DNA of 64,000 nt from Octopus vulgaris (GCA_951406725.2 OX597819.1:96968001-97032000), one strand, 5' to 3'; counted from the stretch's first letter, positions 11,520-25,004 are shown. The notes: generated by a model not told the origin, from the sequence alone. A program made the numbers and translations.

Positions 11520-14120
11520 GTGAAAAGACAAGCTTAGAATAGAAGAAGCAGTGGGGACAGAAAACTATACTGGATAGCTAGAATGGAAGCCAGATGACAG
11601 AGTTACTTAGCAAAGGGCAAAGTAAAAAATTAAAGGTTTGCCAAATGTTCTACAATGTAAGGATCTGAGATATGAGGTGTTCTGGATTTCAAGTGTGTGT
11701 GCTTGCAAAAATCAAGATGTGGAAGAGAAATATATGTGGATGGATAATGGTACAGTTGCACTAAATGATTTTGAAAAGAACCATGGAAACTGTTAAATGT
11801 GGAGAATGCCTGGAAGGAGTGTCTTTGCAGCATATACTCAACTAATACCTAGCAATATGATAGATAAAGCAATTAAGGATATGAAGGCAGGGAAAATCCT
11901 TGGTTGATCAGGAATCACCAGAGAAATCTTTAAATATCTGGGGGAATAGGATACAAGCTAGTTGCTTGTATAGTCAGTCAGGTTGTATAGGAAGGTGCCA
12001 TACTCAGTGACTGGCATAGGTAATTACAGGAGTATCAGTCGTTGGATCTAATTATGAAATTTACAGAAAGAGAATTAGTCCAGATGAGATTTATTTTTGT
12101 GCCTGGAAGAAGTACTACTGCTGCTATTTTTCAAGTAAAGCAACTATAAAAGCAACCTATTGTATTTAGTATTTGTCAACTTGGAGAAAGCCTCTGACAT
12201 GATACCTTGCTCTGGAGATCACTGAGAAAGATAGTAGTAGATAAATGGCTTGTGAGGACCATACAAGCCATGTACTGGATGCTGTCAGCAAAGTGCCTGT
12301 GTGCCTGTAGGGGTTTACCAAAGCTTGGTTCTCAGTCCCCTTCTAGCTATTATAGTTCTACAGGCCATAACAGAGGAGTTTAAAATCAGGTACCCATGGG
12401 AACCCCTATATGTTGACCCCATTCTTTAACTGAATCTGTAGTAGGATTAGAGAAAAGTAGTCATGGGAGCAAAGTCTATAATCAAATGGCCGCAAATTTA
12501 ACTTAACAAAGACTAATACTTTAGTAAGCAGGAAAACAGATGAGACTCTGTCTCTCTCAAAGCCTTGCTTGATATGTAAAACAGGAATTGGTAAAAATTC
12601 CAAATGGTATATCTAATACAAGCTATGGACAAAAAGAGGCATAGTGAAATCACAGGCAGATTAACAGTAAAAGTAGATTTTGTATATGGCAGATGAACAG
12701 TGGCAATAGACACTAAGTGTGCATAAGAAATAGATGTTTTCAAATGTCTAGGAGGATCCCTGGAAGTAGAAGAAAGCTTCTGTTACCTAGGTGACATAAT
12801 TAGCAGTGGAAGAGGATGTTCTGAAAGTATAGTAGCCAGAATAAGAACAGACTGAAGGTAGTCTGAGGAGCTATTACCTCTGTTTGTTACATAAGGTTTC
12901 TCTCTCAAATTGAAAAGCAGACTAAATGATTCTTGTGTACAAATTGAAATATTATATACAAGTTAAACATGGGCCCTGAATGTGAAGACTATAAGGAAAT
13001 GAAGCAAGTATGCTCCACAGAATATGTAATGTCAATGTACATGAATGACAAAGTACAAATGTTCTAAGAGACAAACTGACCAGAAGAAAAATTAGATTAT
13101 AGTGTGAGAAAAGACTATGTTGGTTTGAGCGTGTGGTTCATATGGATGAAAAAATGGCAATCACTTACAGTGGCTGGAATCCATAGAAAAAGAAAACCCA
13201 AGAAGACATGGGATGAAGTGGTGAAGGTCAGTCCCAGGATGCTGATCTCACTGAAGATGACAAAGGACAGAATCAATTGCCATTACACAGTATATGAGAA
13301 GACCTGTTCATCTACATTATGATGGCTAAACTGAGATTCAGGAATATATGTGCACATAACTAGACTCCAACCACCAAATATATCCCTGTCAAACCTTCAC
13401 CTGCTAATCGCTCATCTCCCTGTCACTCTTCTATTAGTTGTAATATACTCCAGCTGCAGAAATTAAATTCTGGACTTCTAATTATCACTACCTCTCCGCT
13501 GAGTCACTTTCTGTTAACATCCATTACACATTCTAATCACTACCCTCACCTTATATTTACCATCAGTCAACCCCCAACACTCTTGTTCAACATTTATCTC
13601 AACCCCTATTTTTCACCTTCATTCACTCTCCCCCAGCAGCATTGCAACCTTTTCCCACCCCACTCTTCATGACCTCCACAACCTCCTATTTATCTTGTTT
13701 TTTGAGGGTATCTACTTGTACCACATCACAACCATCTTTATCTCTTTCTGATCCTACCCAATCCACTTCTACCTGCCCATATATAATGGTGAGGTAGCTA
13801 TGAATCTTCTCCACAACAAACTTGTTCTTGTCTTCCTATGATAATTTAACCCCTCGACAACTTGCACAAAGCCACTCCCCTCTCAGTTGAGGGAGCTTTT
13901 TAGCCTTGTGAGTGACAAGGTAACTTCACTAGTGCTGGGACCATAAGAAAAAGCACCCATTACACTCTGTTAAATGGTCAGCATTAGGAAGGGTATCCAG
14001 ATGTAGAAACAATGTCAAAACCAAGATACAGGAGCAAGACTCAGTTCTCCAACCTGTTGAATCTGGTCAAACCATTCAACCCATGCCAGCATGGAAAGCA
14101 TATGTGAAATGACGATGATG
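11520..14120 (+). mobile_element. Degenerate 5'-truncated RTE LINE with 3' UTR and (GAT) tail
   Basis: RT motifs AIKDMKAGK.., FVPGRSTT.AIF, FVNLEKA, QSLVLSPLL, FCYLGD and C-terminal RKRKPKKTWDEVVK; family B tail at 13900-14120. Confidence 0.85.
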
Positions 14121-14404
14121 GTCCTGAGTGGAACACCTTTGATCATGGGTCTGTTGGGCTATGGCTAACCTGGAGTAAAATAACAACAACAAAAAAGACA
14201 CAGAGAAAAATGACAAGTCAACATGTATTGGAAGATGGTCATCAATTTTTATTATTCTTTAGTCGCTGAATTACACAGCTTCTGGTACAACAGTTCCAAA
14301 AAGAAAAAAAAAACAGAAAACCCAGAAATCAAATAAATCTAAAAGGATTTCTACAGTTTACATCAAATAATGAATTAAAAAAATATGATGATGATAATAA
14401 TAAT

Positions 14405-14630
14405 AATAATTTCTATAATAGGCACAAGGCCACTAATTTTGGGATTGGGGTTCAGCCAGTTTGGGCAACCCCTTCCCCAGTATTTGACTGGTACTTTATT
14501 TTATCGACCCAGGAAGGATGAAAGGCAAAGTTGACCTTGGCGGGACTTGAACTCAGAATGTAAAGGGACACAACTAAATACCACAAGGCATTTGTTCCAT
14601 GCTCTACAGATTCTGCCAATCTACCACCCT
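14405..14630 (-). mobile_element. tRNA-derived SINE, family D (Nin/Deu-like core)
   Basis: Minus strand GCCTTTCATCCTT..GGGTCGATAAAATAAAGTACCAG; flanked by (AAT)n. Confidence 0.8.
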
Positions 14631-15082
14631 AATAATAATAATAATAATAATAATGATAATAATAATAATAATAATAATAATAAAACAAAACAACCTGGAA
14701 AAAATCTGCACCTTTACTGCAGCAGTTGCACAATCCAAAACAAGGAAGAGAGCCCATAAGTAGGGGCCAGGCTAGGGAACAGAGATTTCAAAGCAAATGG
14801 GTGACAAGATATTTTCAGCAAATCTTTGGAGAATATTATTTCAGTTTTGGGGACTTTTGTTGGTTTGTTAACTTTTTCTTTTTGTCTGAAGGACCTTTAA
14901 CTGATGTCTTAGCCCTCACATATATATTATGTATGTGGATATGTGCAAGTATGTGTCTGTGTGTATATATAAATACACACATTTGTATCCAGCTAGTCAT
15001 CTTTGCCTTAAAAAAAAATCCACATAACAGTTTTTTGTTTTAAAATAAAAGTCACTCACAAACAGAAATGTGAGTCAGTGTG

Positions 15083-15115
<33 letters not shown>

Positions 15116-16254
15116 AGCACGGTGTGTGTGTGTGTTTGTGATGAAGTGAAAGGTTATGCCCTAACTTCTCTAAGACAACCATGTACCATAGATCCCTGTA
15201 ATATTAATACAAATATTTCCTTTGTTTCCCCAGTTTGCCAACGTTTCTTTAAACTTTATTTCTACTGTTTCTGACAACTTTTAACACCACCCTCCCTCCC
15301 AGCATATACGCATTTTTAGGAAAAATTAAAATAAATTCTTAATATTCAGTCTATGTTCTACATATGATTAACAACCAGTTCAGTGGCTGGCAGCTGAGTA
15401 GTGACCATAGTGACCATCATAGCCTCTATATCTCCTGGTGAGCAGACAAACTGGCTACAGAAGATTCTGAGTGAAATTAGTGAGATAGAACAAGAAGACA
15501 GAGAGGATAAGCCAATGTTAAAGCAATGAGACAGATGTAGAATAAAACTTCTGCCCTGCCTTGTGCTGTAGGTGTTGGTGAATTGGATGGAGCAGGCTTC
15601 TACTAAAACAAAACGTCCTCTAAAGTTCTTTGTCATTTTGTCTGATTATTCACATCCATCTGCTCGGATTTAAATAGGAAGAATCAATGGAAGGAATTTA
15701 AAGATCATGTAGACAACAGGAGGGAATCTTATCTGAGTGTATAAGACAGAAACTGATACAATGTGTGTCTGTGTCTTGTGTGTGTAAAACTGGCAACATA
15801 CATACATATTTACATAGATATTGTGTGTGTGTGTGACTGCACACGGACACTCACGGAAAATGGACAGATACATAGATGTCTATGTATATATTCAAATACA
15901 GATGTGTTTATGTACACTACACATACACAATATGATGTGAACACATACTTTAGATACTTATAATGTAATACAGAAAAATCTGGCCTTGTTAAACCCTGCT
16001 AGAGACATTTGTATACACAGATTAGGAGAAAAGATTAAAATAATAAAATAAGAAAAAAAACAATCCATTTTGGAAGGATGTGTATAAACTTTAGATGGTT
16101 AGATTAGGATTGTCTAATTAATAAAAATGAGGAAGTAAAACTAGAAGTAAAAATGGTGGTATTGTTTTTGAGAAAATGAGAATTTTTGAGAAAGATTAAA
16201 CAGAGGCTGGTACAATGGATGTTTCTACTATAGAGAAACATTCATAATTTACCA

Positions 16255-16650
16255 ACGCACTGATAGCAACACACTGGCAATGATAGCTACACAGTGATTG
16301 CAACAGTGTCCGTGTTTGCAATACATTAACAGTGATAGCAACACATTGACTGTAATAGCAACACACTGGCAGTGATAGCTACACGGTGATTGCAACAGTG
16401 ACCGTGTTTGCAATACATTAACAGTGATAGCAACACATTGACTGTGATAGCAACACACTGTCAGTGATTGCAACAGTGTCTGTGTTTGCAATACATTAAC
16501 AGTGATAGCAACACATTGACTGTGATAGCAACACACTGGCAGTGATAGCTACACTGATAGCAACACACTGATAGCGGCATGGTATTGACGATTGCAATAC
16601 ACAAGCAGTGTTAGCAATACACAGCTATATGCTGGCAGCAACACACTGAC
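16255..16650. repeat. Minisatellite of ~20 bp GTGATAGCAACACA(C/T)TG units in three 78-92 bp higher-order copies
   Basis: Visible periodicity with blocks starting at 16301, 16393 and 16471. Confidence 0.9.
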
Positions 16651-17784
16651 TGTAACACACTAACCAACTGGATGGCAAGGTGTAAACATCAAAGTAAATG
16701 ACAAAGATTCCAGGATAAGGAAAGGAAAAAATTTCAGAAAGATATGATTAAATTAAAAATATATATAGGTGACACAATGGAAGTTAATCCCTCATCAGAC
16801 GGCCACGTCTGCCCACCGCCAATCAAATGTATTTGCCTTCCATCTCCATCAAATTTACAAATGACCAATAAAAATAAGATCTTTTATAGCAAAGTTAGGG
16901 GATGTTTTGTGTCTACATTGGTGAGTGGGAGACAGTATGGCACTGTGTCTACATTGGTGGCATCCACATGGCATGTGGTGACATTGAAATATGATAGGAT
17001 GGTGGTGCATGATGGAGGTTTTAGTGAATACTCTGTGAAATCCGTTTAAAATAAAAAGCAAAAGAAAAACAGAGATGCCAGATCCAGCAAGAATGTTACA
17101 ATTGAAGGGAAATGACAAGGGGATCCCAGTGGAGGGGTGGGTGGGTGGGTGAGCTTTGTAAACTGTGGCTAAATTAGTGAGGGTGGGTGCTGCAGTAAAG
17201 AGGAACAGTAACACTGATTAGATCCAGTCACAGCAGTAATTGAACAACAAAGAATATAGTAGAAAATTCCAGCTGATTGATAGGGTGTAGATAACGAGTT
17301 AGTCTTGGATTACCTCACAAACACCACAACTAGCTTCTCCCAGTAATAACGATTAAAACAAATAACAACAACAACAACAAAAATAGATTCATAATCTTTT
17401 TTTTTTCCTTTTTTTGGGGGGGGTATTTCTTCTGTATTCTTAAACTCTACATGTGTCTGTGAATCTCCCAGAGTGAGGTGGGGGAGGGGGCAGTCTATTG
17501 CAAGTAGGAAGAATTCACCAAAATATAATTCTTCATACCTTTTCTCAACCTCAAAACAAACAAAAACAATACTGTTGTTGCTGTTGTTTACAAATTGGTG
17601 AGAGCCAACGTTTAATTTATTCAGATCATTATAATTAACGCTAATTATTGTATTTCACACAGCTAATAATCAAAGAGAGAAACTAAACATGATGTATATA
17701 ATTGTTAGAGGATTGAGGAGGAGATATTTACCTATAGGCTTCTGGATGTGCTATACAGGGGGCAGTAAGAATGGGATGAAGATA

Positions 17785-18095
17785 GAGTGTGTGTGTATAT
17801 ATGAATATATATATACACACATAGATATATAATGTATACATACATAGATATATAATGTATATATATGTATACATACATAGATATATAGTATATGTATATG
17901 TATACATACATATAGTATATATACATACATATGTATACACGCAGATATATATATATATATACATGCATATACATATATAGTATATATATATAAATAAATA
18001 TATAGTGTATGTATATATATGTATACACACACATATATGTATACATATTTATAGTATGTATGTGTATATATATATATATATATATAGATATAGTA

Positions 18096-18131
<36 letters not shown>

Positions 18132-18300
18132 CATACGTATTTATAGTATATATATATATTCTACACACATACATATTTACTCACACACAACATGCACATG
18201 TATGCAAATACACACACATAAAAATACCTATAGTCTGTGTGTGCCTCTGCATGTATGTGCATGTATGTGCATGTATGTGGGTGTATGTGTGTACGTGTCT
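17785..18300. repeat. Compound (TA)/(CA)/(TG) microsatellite
   Basis: Direct inspection. Confidence 0.95.
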
Positions 18301-19025
18301 GTAAGAGAGATTGGGTAAGTGTGAACATAGAAATGATTTGAAGGAGTGTAAAAGGGTGAGTGATGTAGTGGCCTTAATTCACTATATTCAGCAGTGAGAG
18401 GAAATAAAGATAAAAGAAGTGGTGGAAGTTGTGTTATGGACCTTTTGCCTTGGCAATGAGCTCTCATGTGGAGGTGGTGAGTAAATACTTTCTGTTGTAG
18501 CAGGATAGAGCAATGATTAAGGTAGGGAGCAGAGGGTGAAGACAGCTACCCCTCCCTGACAACCACCCCCACGATTCCATGGCTTTGAAGATCTGAGAAA
18601 ATATTTAAAAGGTTGGTTCTTACTTTTTTTTTTTTAATTTCTTTTTGTTGTTTTGCTTTTTTTTAGTGCTGAAATCAACCTTTCTTGTTTAAATATACTG
18701 ATAGGTAAGAAGATAGACAGGTAGGTAGACAGCTAGGTAGGTAGAAACAAATATATTTTATTAGAAACTGAAGCTTCTATGTATTGAGTTCTTTCTTTTA
18801 TTTTGTTATGTTTGTAAACACAAACAGTCACCAATCCATAGATAGACAGATAGAAAGAAAGAGAGATAAGAGCAATTGTAAAGTAAAAGAGGATGAAAGA
18901 GAGGGAGAGAGAAGTAGGGGGTTATTAAAAGTGAAGCACAATTTCGTTCGTGGCTCACATCGTTATTTGCTGGCAGACAGAAGCCAAAACTAGGGAGAGG
19001 GGGAGGTGTCTATAGGTTTATTTAT

Positions 19026-19223
<198 letters not shown>

Positions 19224-19326
19224 TTACTTTCAACCTATTGGTGCCCTGGCATGATCGCAGTCAAATGACTGAAACAAGTAAAATAAAATAAAATAAAATA
19301 AAATATGCATTCAGGGGTGGTCTTTT

Positions 19327-19571
19327 TAGAAAGACCTTTGAATATTAACAAGATACTCTACAAAGATCTTTAAATATTAACAAGATACTCTAGAAAGATC
19401 TTTAAATATTAAGAAGATACTCTACAAAGATCTTTAAATATTAAGAAGATACTCTACAAAGATCTTTAAATATTAAGAAGATACTCTACAAAGATCTTTA
19501 AATATTAAAAAGATATTCTAGAAAGATCTTTTAATATTAAGAAGATACTCTAGAAAAATCTTTAGATATTA
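19327..19571. repeat. 32 bp tandem repeat, ~7.5 copies (AAAGATCTTTAAATATTAAGAAGATACTCTAC)
   Basis: Units start at 19330, 19362, 19394, 19426, 19458, 19490, 19522 and 19554. Confidence 0.95.
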
Positions 19572-19574
19572 GTT

Positions 19575-19785
19575 TAAAATTTTTAACCCATGGCTAGCAA
19601 TTTCAGTGGGGAGGGATTATGTTGATTACATCAACCTGTGTTCAACTGATACTTATTTTATTGACAGTGAAAGGGTGAAAGACAAAGTCAATCTTGGTGG
19701 AATTTGAGCTTAGAAAGTAAAGACACAAAAAGCCACTAAGCATTTTGCCTGGCATGCTAATGATCCTGGCAGCTTGCCACCTTAA
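19575..19785 (-). mobile_element. SINE family D
   Basis: Homologous to 14405-14630. Confidence 0.8.
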
Positions 19786-20001
19786 AAGTTCTTTAGATAT
19801 TAAGATATTGGCAAAGGTTTGTACCTGTGGATCCTAGTCATAAAAAGCACCTGAACTTGATTATAATAGTAGTAAAATACAAATTCCAAAGACATGATAA
19901 CAATTTCAAAGGCATGGTATAATAGTGTGACATCACAACTATTATTCCAGGGACATGACAAATCACAATTACTATTCCAGATATATGACAGCAATATTTA
20001 C

Positions 20002-20083
20002 CAAAATAATCTGATGGACCCAGGCGTCCGACTTCAATAGGTTCTTCATTATCAGCACGTCTTTGTAGAACAGCAGCAGTTCC
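20002..20083 (-). CDS. Pka-R1: PKA-RI exon F (82 nt): [27 protein letters not shown](G)
   Basis: ctacag|GGA...TTTG|gtaaat; RI-specific [10 protein letters not shown]. Confidence 0.97.
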
Positions 20084-21204
20084 CTGTAGAAGATAGGAAT
20101 ATGTATAGTAATTAGAACAGTAAGCCACCACACAAGATTATCTGCGTGTGTGTGCATGTGTGTGTGTGTGTTTATAGTTTAAAAAAAAAATGTGTTGTAT
20201 ACAAGTTGGCATTAAAAGTATGATGACGACACTGTTACACATGAGTGGTTTGAGAAGACATGACTACAAATGATTTAAATACAGCTCACTACACTTTCAA
20301 ATAATCATTAGCTCTTTGATGTCAGTTGCTATATAACACGTATTGAGGAAGTCGATTTTAAAGCTCACAAGTCAGAATCTGAGCTTACATCACAAGTTGA
20401 GATCATTCCATTTTTTTAGGACTAGCCTAAGGTGGGAAAATGAAGCTTCTCTTTAAAATAGATACCACAGTACTTTGATCTGTTCTTAAATGCTGATACC
20501 TTATCCAATATTGCCAATGAAAAGGCAGTGCTTCGCCTTTTACCTCTTGATTCCCAAATATATTTCAAGAGAGCTCTGATGTTCTACAGTTGCTGATAAC
20601 AAGAAAGAGTTGATGTTTGCTACAGGTAATTTGTTCAAGAAATATTTGATGAGTCTGAAACAGCGGGATTGGTGCAGACAATAGAATAGTATTGCTTTTA
20701 AGAAACAGAGTCCTACATTTCAGCAACTGCATGTCAATCTTTTCAATCTTCATTTGTTTGTACCATTTTTTCCCTTCTTCCCTTTTTTTTTTTTTTTTGG
20801 CTTTGTGACTTAATGACATGAAAATATTTTGCAACATTGGTTTATAGTATGTGTGTGTGATATCATGTATATACACACACACACACACACAGACTGAGAG
20901 ACAAACAAATATGCATGCAAACACAAACACATGTTGCACACATATACTTAATACAAATTCTGTGACCTAAGGTCACTGGTGATTGTGTTAACAACAATTA
21001 GTCATAGGTGAGTTCAATAAGTTTGTCATGGAAAGTGTGCAAAGATTGACAAATTCACTTGATGTGAAGAAAACTGAATCTAACATTTCAATCCTCAGTC
21101 TAAGAGTAAGGAAAGAGAAAAAAAAAAAATTGGTGTTAGCACCATATCTTTCTTTTCTCCTATTTCACTTCCAGACTAAGCTTGAAATTTTAGATTCTCC
21201 ACAT

Positions 21205-21490
21205 ATCATCATCATTTAATGTCCACTTTCCATGCTAGCATGGGTTGGATGATTTGACTGAGGACTGGCGAACCAGATGGCTGCACCAGGCTCCAATCTG
21301 ATCTGACAGAGTTTCTACAGCTGGATGCCCTTCCTAATGCCAACCACTCTGAGAATGTAGTGGGAGCTTTTACATGCCAGCGGAATGAGGGCCAGTCAGG
21401 TGGTACTGGCAGCATCCACGCTCAAATGGTGTTTTCTACGTGCCACCTGCACAGGAGCCAGTCCAGCAGCACTGGCAATGACCTTGCTCA
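21205..21490 (-). mobile_element. RTE tail element (family B)
   Basis: (CAT)n...CTGGATGCCCTTCCTAATGCCAACC. Confidence 0.85.
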
Positions 21491-21500
21491 AAATTGTGGC

Positions 21501-21537
<37 letters not shown>

Positions 21538-22254
21538 TATATATGAGTAGATTGTGTGTGTGTGTGTGTATGTGTGTGCCCACAATACACTCAGTAAAGT
21601 GATAATAAAAATGGCATCCAGCCATAAAAAACACACCAAAAATGGAATATATGAGTGAAGAGACATAGTCATCCAATCCATCAAGGACAGTAGTAACTTT
21701 GACCATAACAACTTATTCAAATATCATCACTCTATGTTCACTCTCCATACTGGACAGGTTGTCATGGTCAGTCTTTATTCAGATTTCTGTCCTTCAAGGC
21801 AAGGTGGAGGACACTGTTTCACTTGTATTTTCCATTTTTAGTTTGGTTTCAATGCCTGGATTCTCTTCCTACCACCAAAGTGTAGAGTGTACTGTACTAT
21901 CCTTGTTGAAATGGACTCAGCTGTAGTGTTGACTGTTAATAAATATATCCACTCTATACAACCTATGTATTTGAGTAGTCATTTGGATCTTCCTGGTCTC
22001 ATATTCATATATACATACAGAGGTGTGTGTGTGTGTGTGTATCACTCATATACATAAGTGCATATATTGTGAAGATAAGACTGTGCTGGATTTTAATCCC
22101 TTTTCATCAATGACTTTTCATTTTTCTCTATTAGTCTTTTATGATTTTATGACTAGAAAAAAAAGCTGTTTCTTATGCATGCGCACACACACACTTAAAA
22201 TCAGTATGCTATGAGTTTATATATTTTAATGTAACATCCAAAATGAGTACTTAC

Positions 22255-22376
22255 TTCTGTGATAATGAAGAAATCCTCTCCTGGTTCTCCTTGTTGGACA
22301 ATCTGCTGACCATCATCAAACTGGACTGGTTCTAAAGCATCAGCAATACTTAATCTCTCCCATTTATCCAAATTAT
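22255..22376 (-). CDS. Pka-R1: PKA-RI exon E (122 nt): [41 protein letters not shown], start of CNB-B
   Basis: ccacag|AT...GAA|gtaagt; frame is continuous with exons D and F. Confidence 0.97.
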
Positions 22377-23149
22377 CTGTGGAAGTGTCAAAAAGATTAT
22401 AAAATTGTAGTGTCATAGAGTATAGAAAAATGCTATACAGAGTGCAGAGTACCAAGACATAAGTTATTGAATAGCACAATATAACTGAGGTGTAATAAGA
22501 TATAATTACTATGGTGCAGATAATTTGTTAATGAGATCTGAATAATCAATCAATGCAGCACAGATGACAAATTAATCACAGTGATGAGGGTGCGAAATAT
22601 GGATTAATAGTTAAACTACTGATGCAGATATGAAGTAATTTAATGGATAAGATATCAAACCAGATGGCAAGTGGTGAAGAGTTCAATATCTGCTAGAATG
22701 TTTATACCTGTCAGGATAATTATATTTGCCTCAGTTTATCTAATTACAGAACAGGTCTTACACACTTCTAATATATTTATTTAGGACAGATTTGTATCCT
22801 ATTGAGAAGTATATTTCTCTCCTCTGCATAATACTGCCAAATCCTCTGCTTTGTGAATATATTAGCTATGTATTACAGATGGGAGTAAGTTCTAGCAATA
22901 TTCACAGTTTATCACAAACTATAACTATTTTAGCTACATGTTACAATACTAATATCATAATGCTCACCTATTATAAATATCACCCACTACAAATATGTTA
23001 TCTATACGTTACAATGCTATTATAATATTCTCTCATCAAAAATATATTAACTATAAATTAGTACATCACTAATATCATAGTCATTCAATATAGATTAACT
23101 ACATATTATTACAACACGCATAACAAAGCCACCCATTAAAAATACATTA

Positions 23150-23575
23150 TCATCATCGTTGGTTTAACGTCCACTTATTCATGTTCACAAGGGTTAGATG
23201 AAATTTGCTGAGGTAGATTTTTCCATGGCTGGATGCCTTTCCTGTTGCCAACCTTCACCTATCCCTAAGTGGTAATATTTTCCCCATGACCAGACATGTT
23301 TTCATGGAAGTTTGGCAACAAAGGACACCACTTGAGTGTTAGTGACATTTGTTTACAGCTATCATATGATGTAAGGCAAAGAGATAGTAACATGTACACA
23401 CACACACATATATGCAGTAGGCTTCTATCAGTTTCTATCTACCAAATCCATTCACAAGATTTGGTTGGCCTGAGGCTTAAGTAGAAGACACTTGCCCAGG
23501 ATGTCACACAGTGGGACTGAACCCAGTGCCATAGGGTTGGGAAACAAACTTCTTACTACACAGTTATACCTGCGT
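23150..23575 (-). mobile_element. Chimeric SINE: family A head with RTE-type tail
   Basis: A head at 23418-23575, (CA)n junction, B-type tail ending in (CAT)n; same layout as 36670-37030. Confidence 0.75.
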
Positions 23576-23721
23576 CATTAGTTATAAATTACTATAATCA
23601 TCATAATACTTACCCATATTTACTAGCAGTAATACCTGTCATTGATCAGGTAATTACTTTTACTGTTTCTCAGGCCAAGAAACTAGAAAAATGGGTATAT
23701 CATATAGGAGATTAACTTTAC

Positions 23722-24025
23722 AGAATCCAGGTGAGTGTGATAGCACTGAAAAGGCTACAGGTCAAGTGGAACATCCATTTGTCACTATTCCTTTTGACAT
23801 TTGACTAGGCGGTATGACAAAGGAGAATTGAAAGATTCAGTTTGAACATGAATAAAGCTAGAAGAATAGCTATATCATATAGAAGAATAGCTTTATGGAA
23901 TCCAGGTGACTGTGTGATGGCACTGAGAAGGCCACAGGTGAAGTGGAAGACCCATTTGACATGGTTTCTTTTGATATTTGAGTCGGCTGTATGCCCATGG
24001 AGAATTAAAAGATTCAGTTTCGAAT
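23722..24025. repeat. Diverged tandem duplication of a ~125 bp unit, period ~176 bp
   Basis: AATCCAGGTGA...GGAGAATT.AAAGATTCAGTTT occurs twice. Confidence 0.85.
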
Positions 24026-24124
24026 CTGAACCAGGGTGAGACTATGACTACAGATTTAGGTTTACTCATCCTGTATGTGTATATTATATAAGAGAAACAC
24101 ATCTAATAACTGAAGTAGAAAAAA

Positions 24125-24490
24125 AATGGACCCCATATACGAACTTCTGTTTGTTCTTCAAGTTGCAATCCAGCAACTTTTAGCGTTTGGCCCTAGAGTT
24201 TTGGAAACTGTAATAGCTTAAATTAGAATGGAACATTTGATGGTATAACTGGTATACGAGGAACAAAGACAATGACACCTTTACCACAACCAGTGAAAAT
24301 ATTTGCCTCAATGCAGTTCCTCACAGCTGCATGCACAATTAGCATTGTACCATTGCATAGTTTTTGTTGAAACAAATTAGGCAATAGCATAATAGGATAT
24401 ACAGAAAAAACATAGTAGCTTCCTTGAACCACTTACTTTCATTTTGCTGGACAAACAAATGAACAAACACACAAACGGAGAGAATCTCTC

Positions 24491-24540
<50 letters not shown>
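24125..24540 (-). mobile_element. Internally deleted Helitron with a PIF1-like helicase fragment
   Basis: PIMLLPNL...LCNGTMLIV....NCIEANIFTG..KG..VFVPRIPVIPSNVPF*FKLLQFP..GQTLKVAGLQL; (TA)n-AAAG...TGTGTGTTTGT 5' end. Confidence 0.85.
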
Positions 24541-24553
<13 letters not shown>

Positions 24554-24676
24554 TATTACCACAACACAAATATATCAGTCACCCACCATAAATATGTTAA
24601 TTATATATTATTACAACATTAATATCACTCAACATAGGTTAACTGTATTGCAGAACATTAAAAACATATTACTCAC

Positions 24677-24737
24677 CCAGTATGGACACTTTGCAAAGAA
24701 ACTCATCATACATTTTCCTTTTCCTTATAGTGCTGCC
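24677..24737 (-). CDS. Pka-R1: PKA-RI exon D (61 nt): GSTIRKRKMYDEFLCKVSIL(D), B/C helix
   Basis: ttacag|GGC...CTGG|gtgagt; translated by hand; matches RI [20 protein letters not shown]. Confidence 0.97.
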
Positions 24738-25004
24738 CTGTAAACAGAATTAAATTATTTATGTCCTGTCATATCCACTAAAACAATGTAGCAAAGATTA
24801 GGGTAAATAGATTCATGTTACCTGAAGTTAGTAAAGAAAACCACAGACACATGTAGCTTGAAATTATCAACAAAAATAACTCATGTAGCCTAAAGTCAAC
24901 ATGGTAGGCCACATGTAACTAGAATTTATCAACATGTGGGATATGTACCGGTAAACTGAAATAGCATTAAAATATTAGTTATTTCAGTTATTGAAATAGT
25001 AGAC

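Larger units (their letters stand above)
14225..19025 (-). other. Putative long 3' UTR of Pka-R1 with several candidate poly(A) signals
   Basis: About 4.3 kb after the stop has no recognisable SINEs, unlike the flanks. Minus-strand AATAAA occurs at the stop, ~17616, ~15255 and 14248-14253; the last is followed by a U/GU-rich tract. Confidence 0.45.

Noticed and set aside
16249-16536. Cys-rich repetitive 95 aa ORF and CAGUG iron-responsive-element-like loops
   Set aside because: The ORF is a by-product of the minisatellite, and the CAGUGN words lack the 5 bp stem and bulged C
16770-16805. Minus-strand CTGATGA-GGGA..TTCC hammerhead-like start
   Set aside because: No GAAA follows stem II
19327-19571. 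CRISPR-like 32 bp palindromic repeats
   Set aside because: The units are contiguous with no unique spacers, lie in a eukaryotic intron, and have no cas genes nearby
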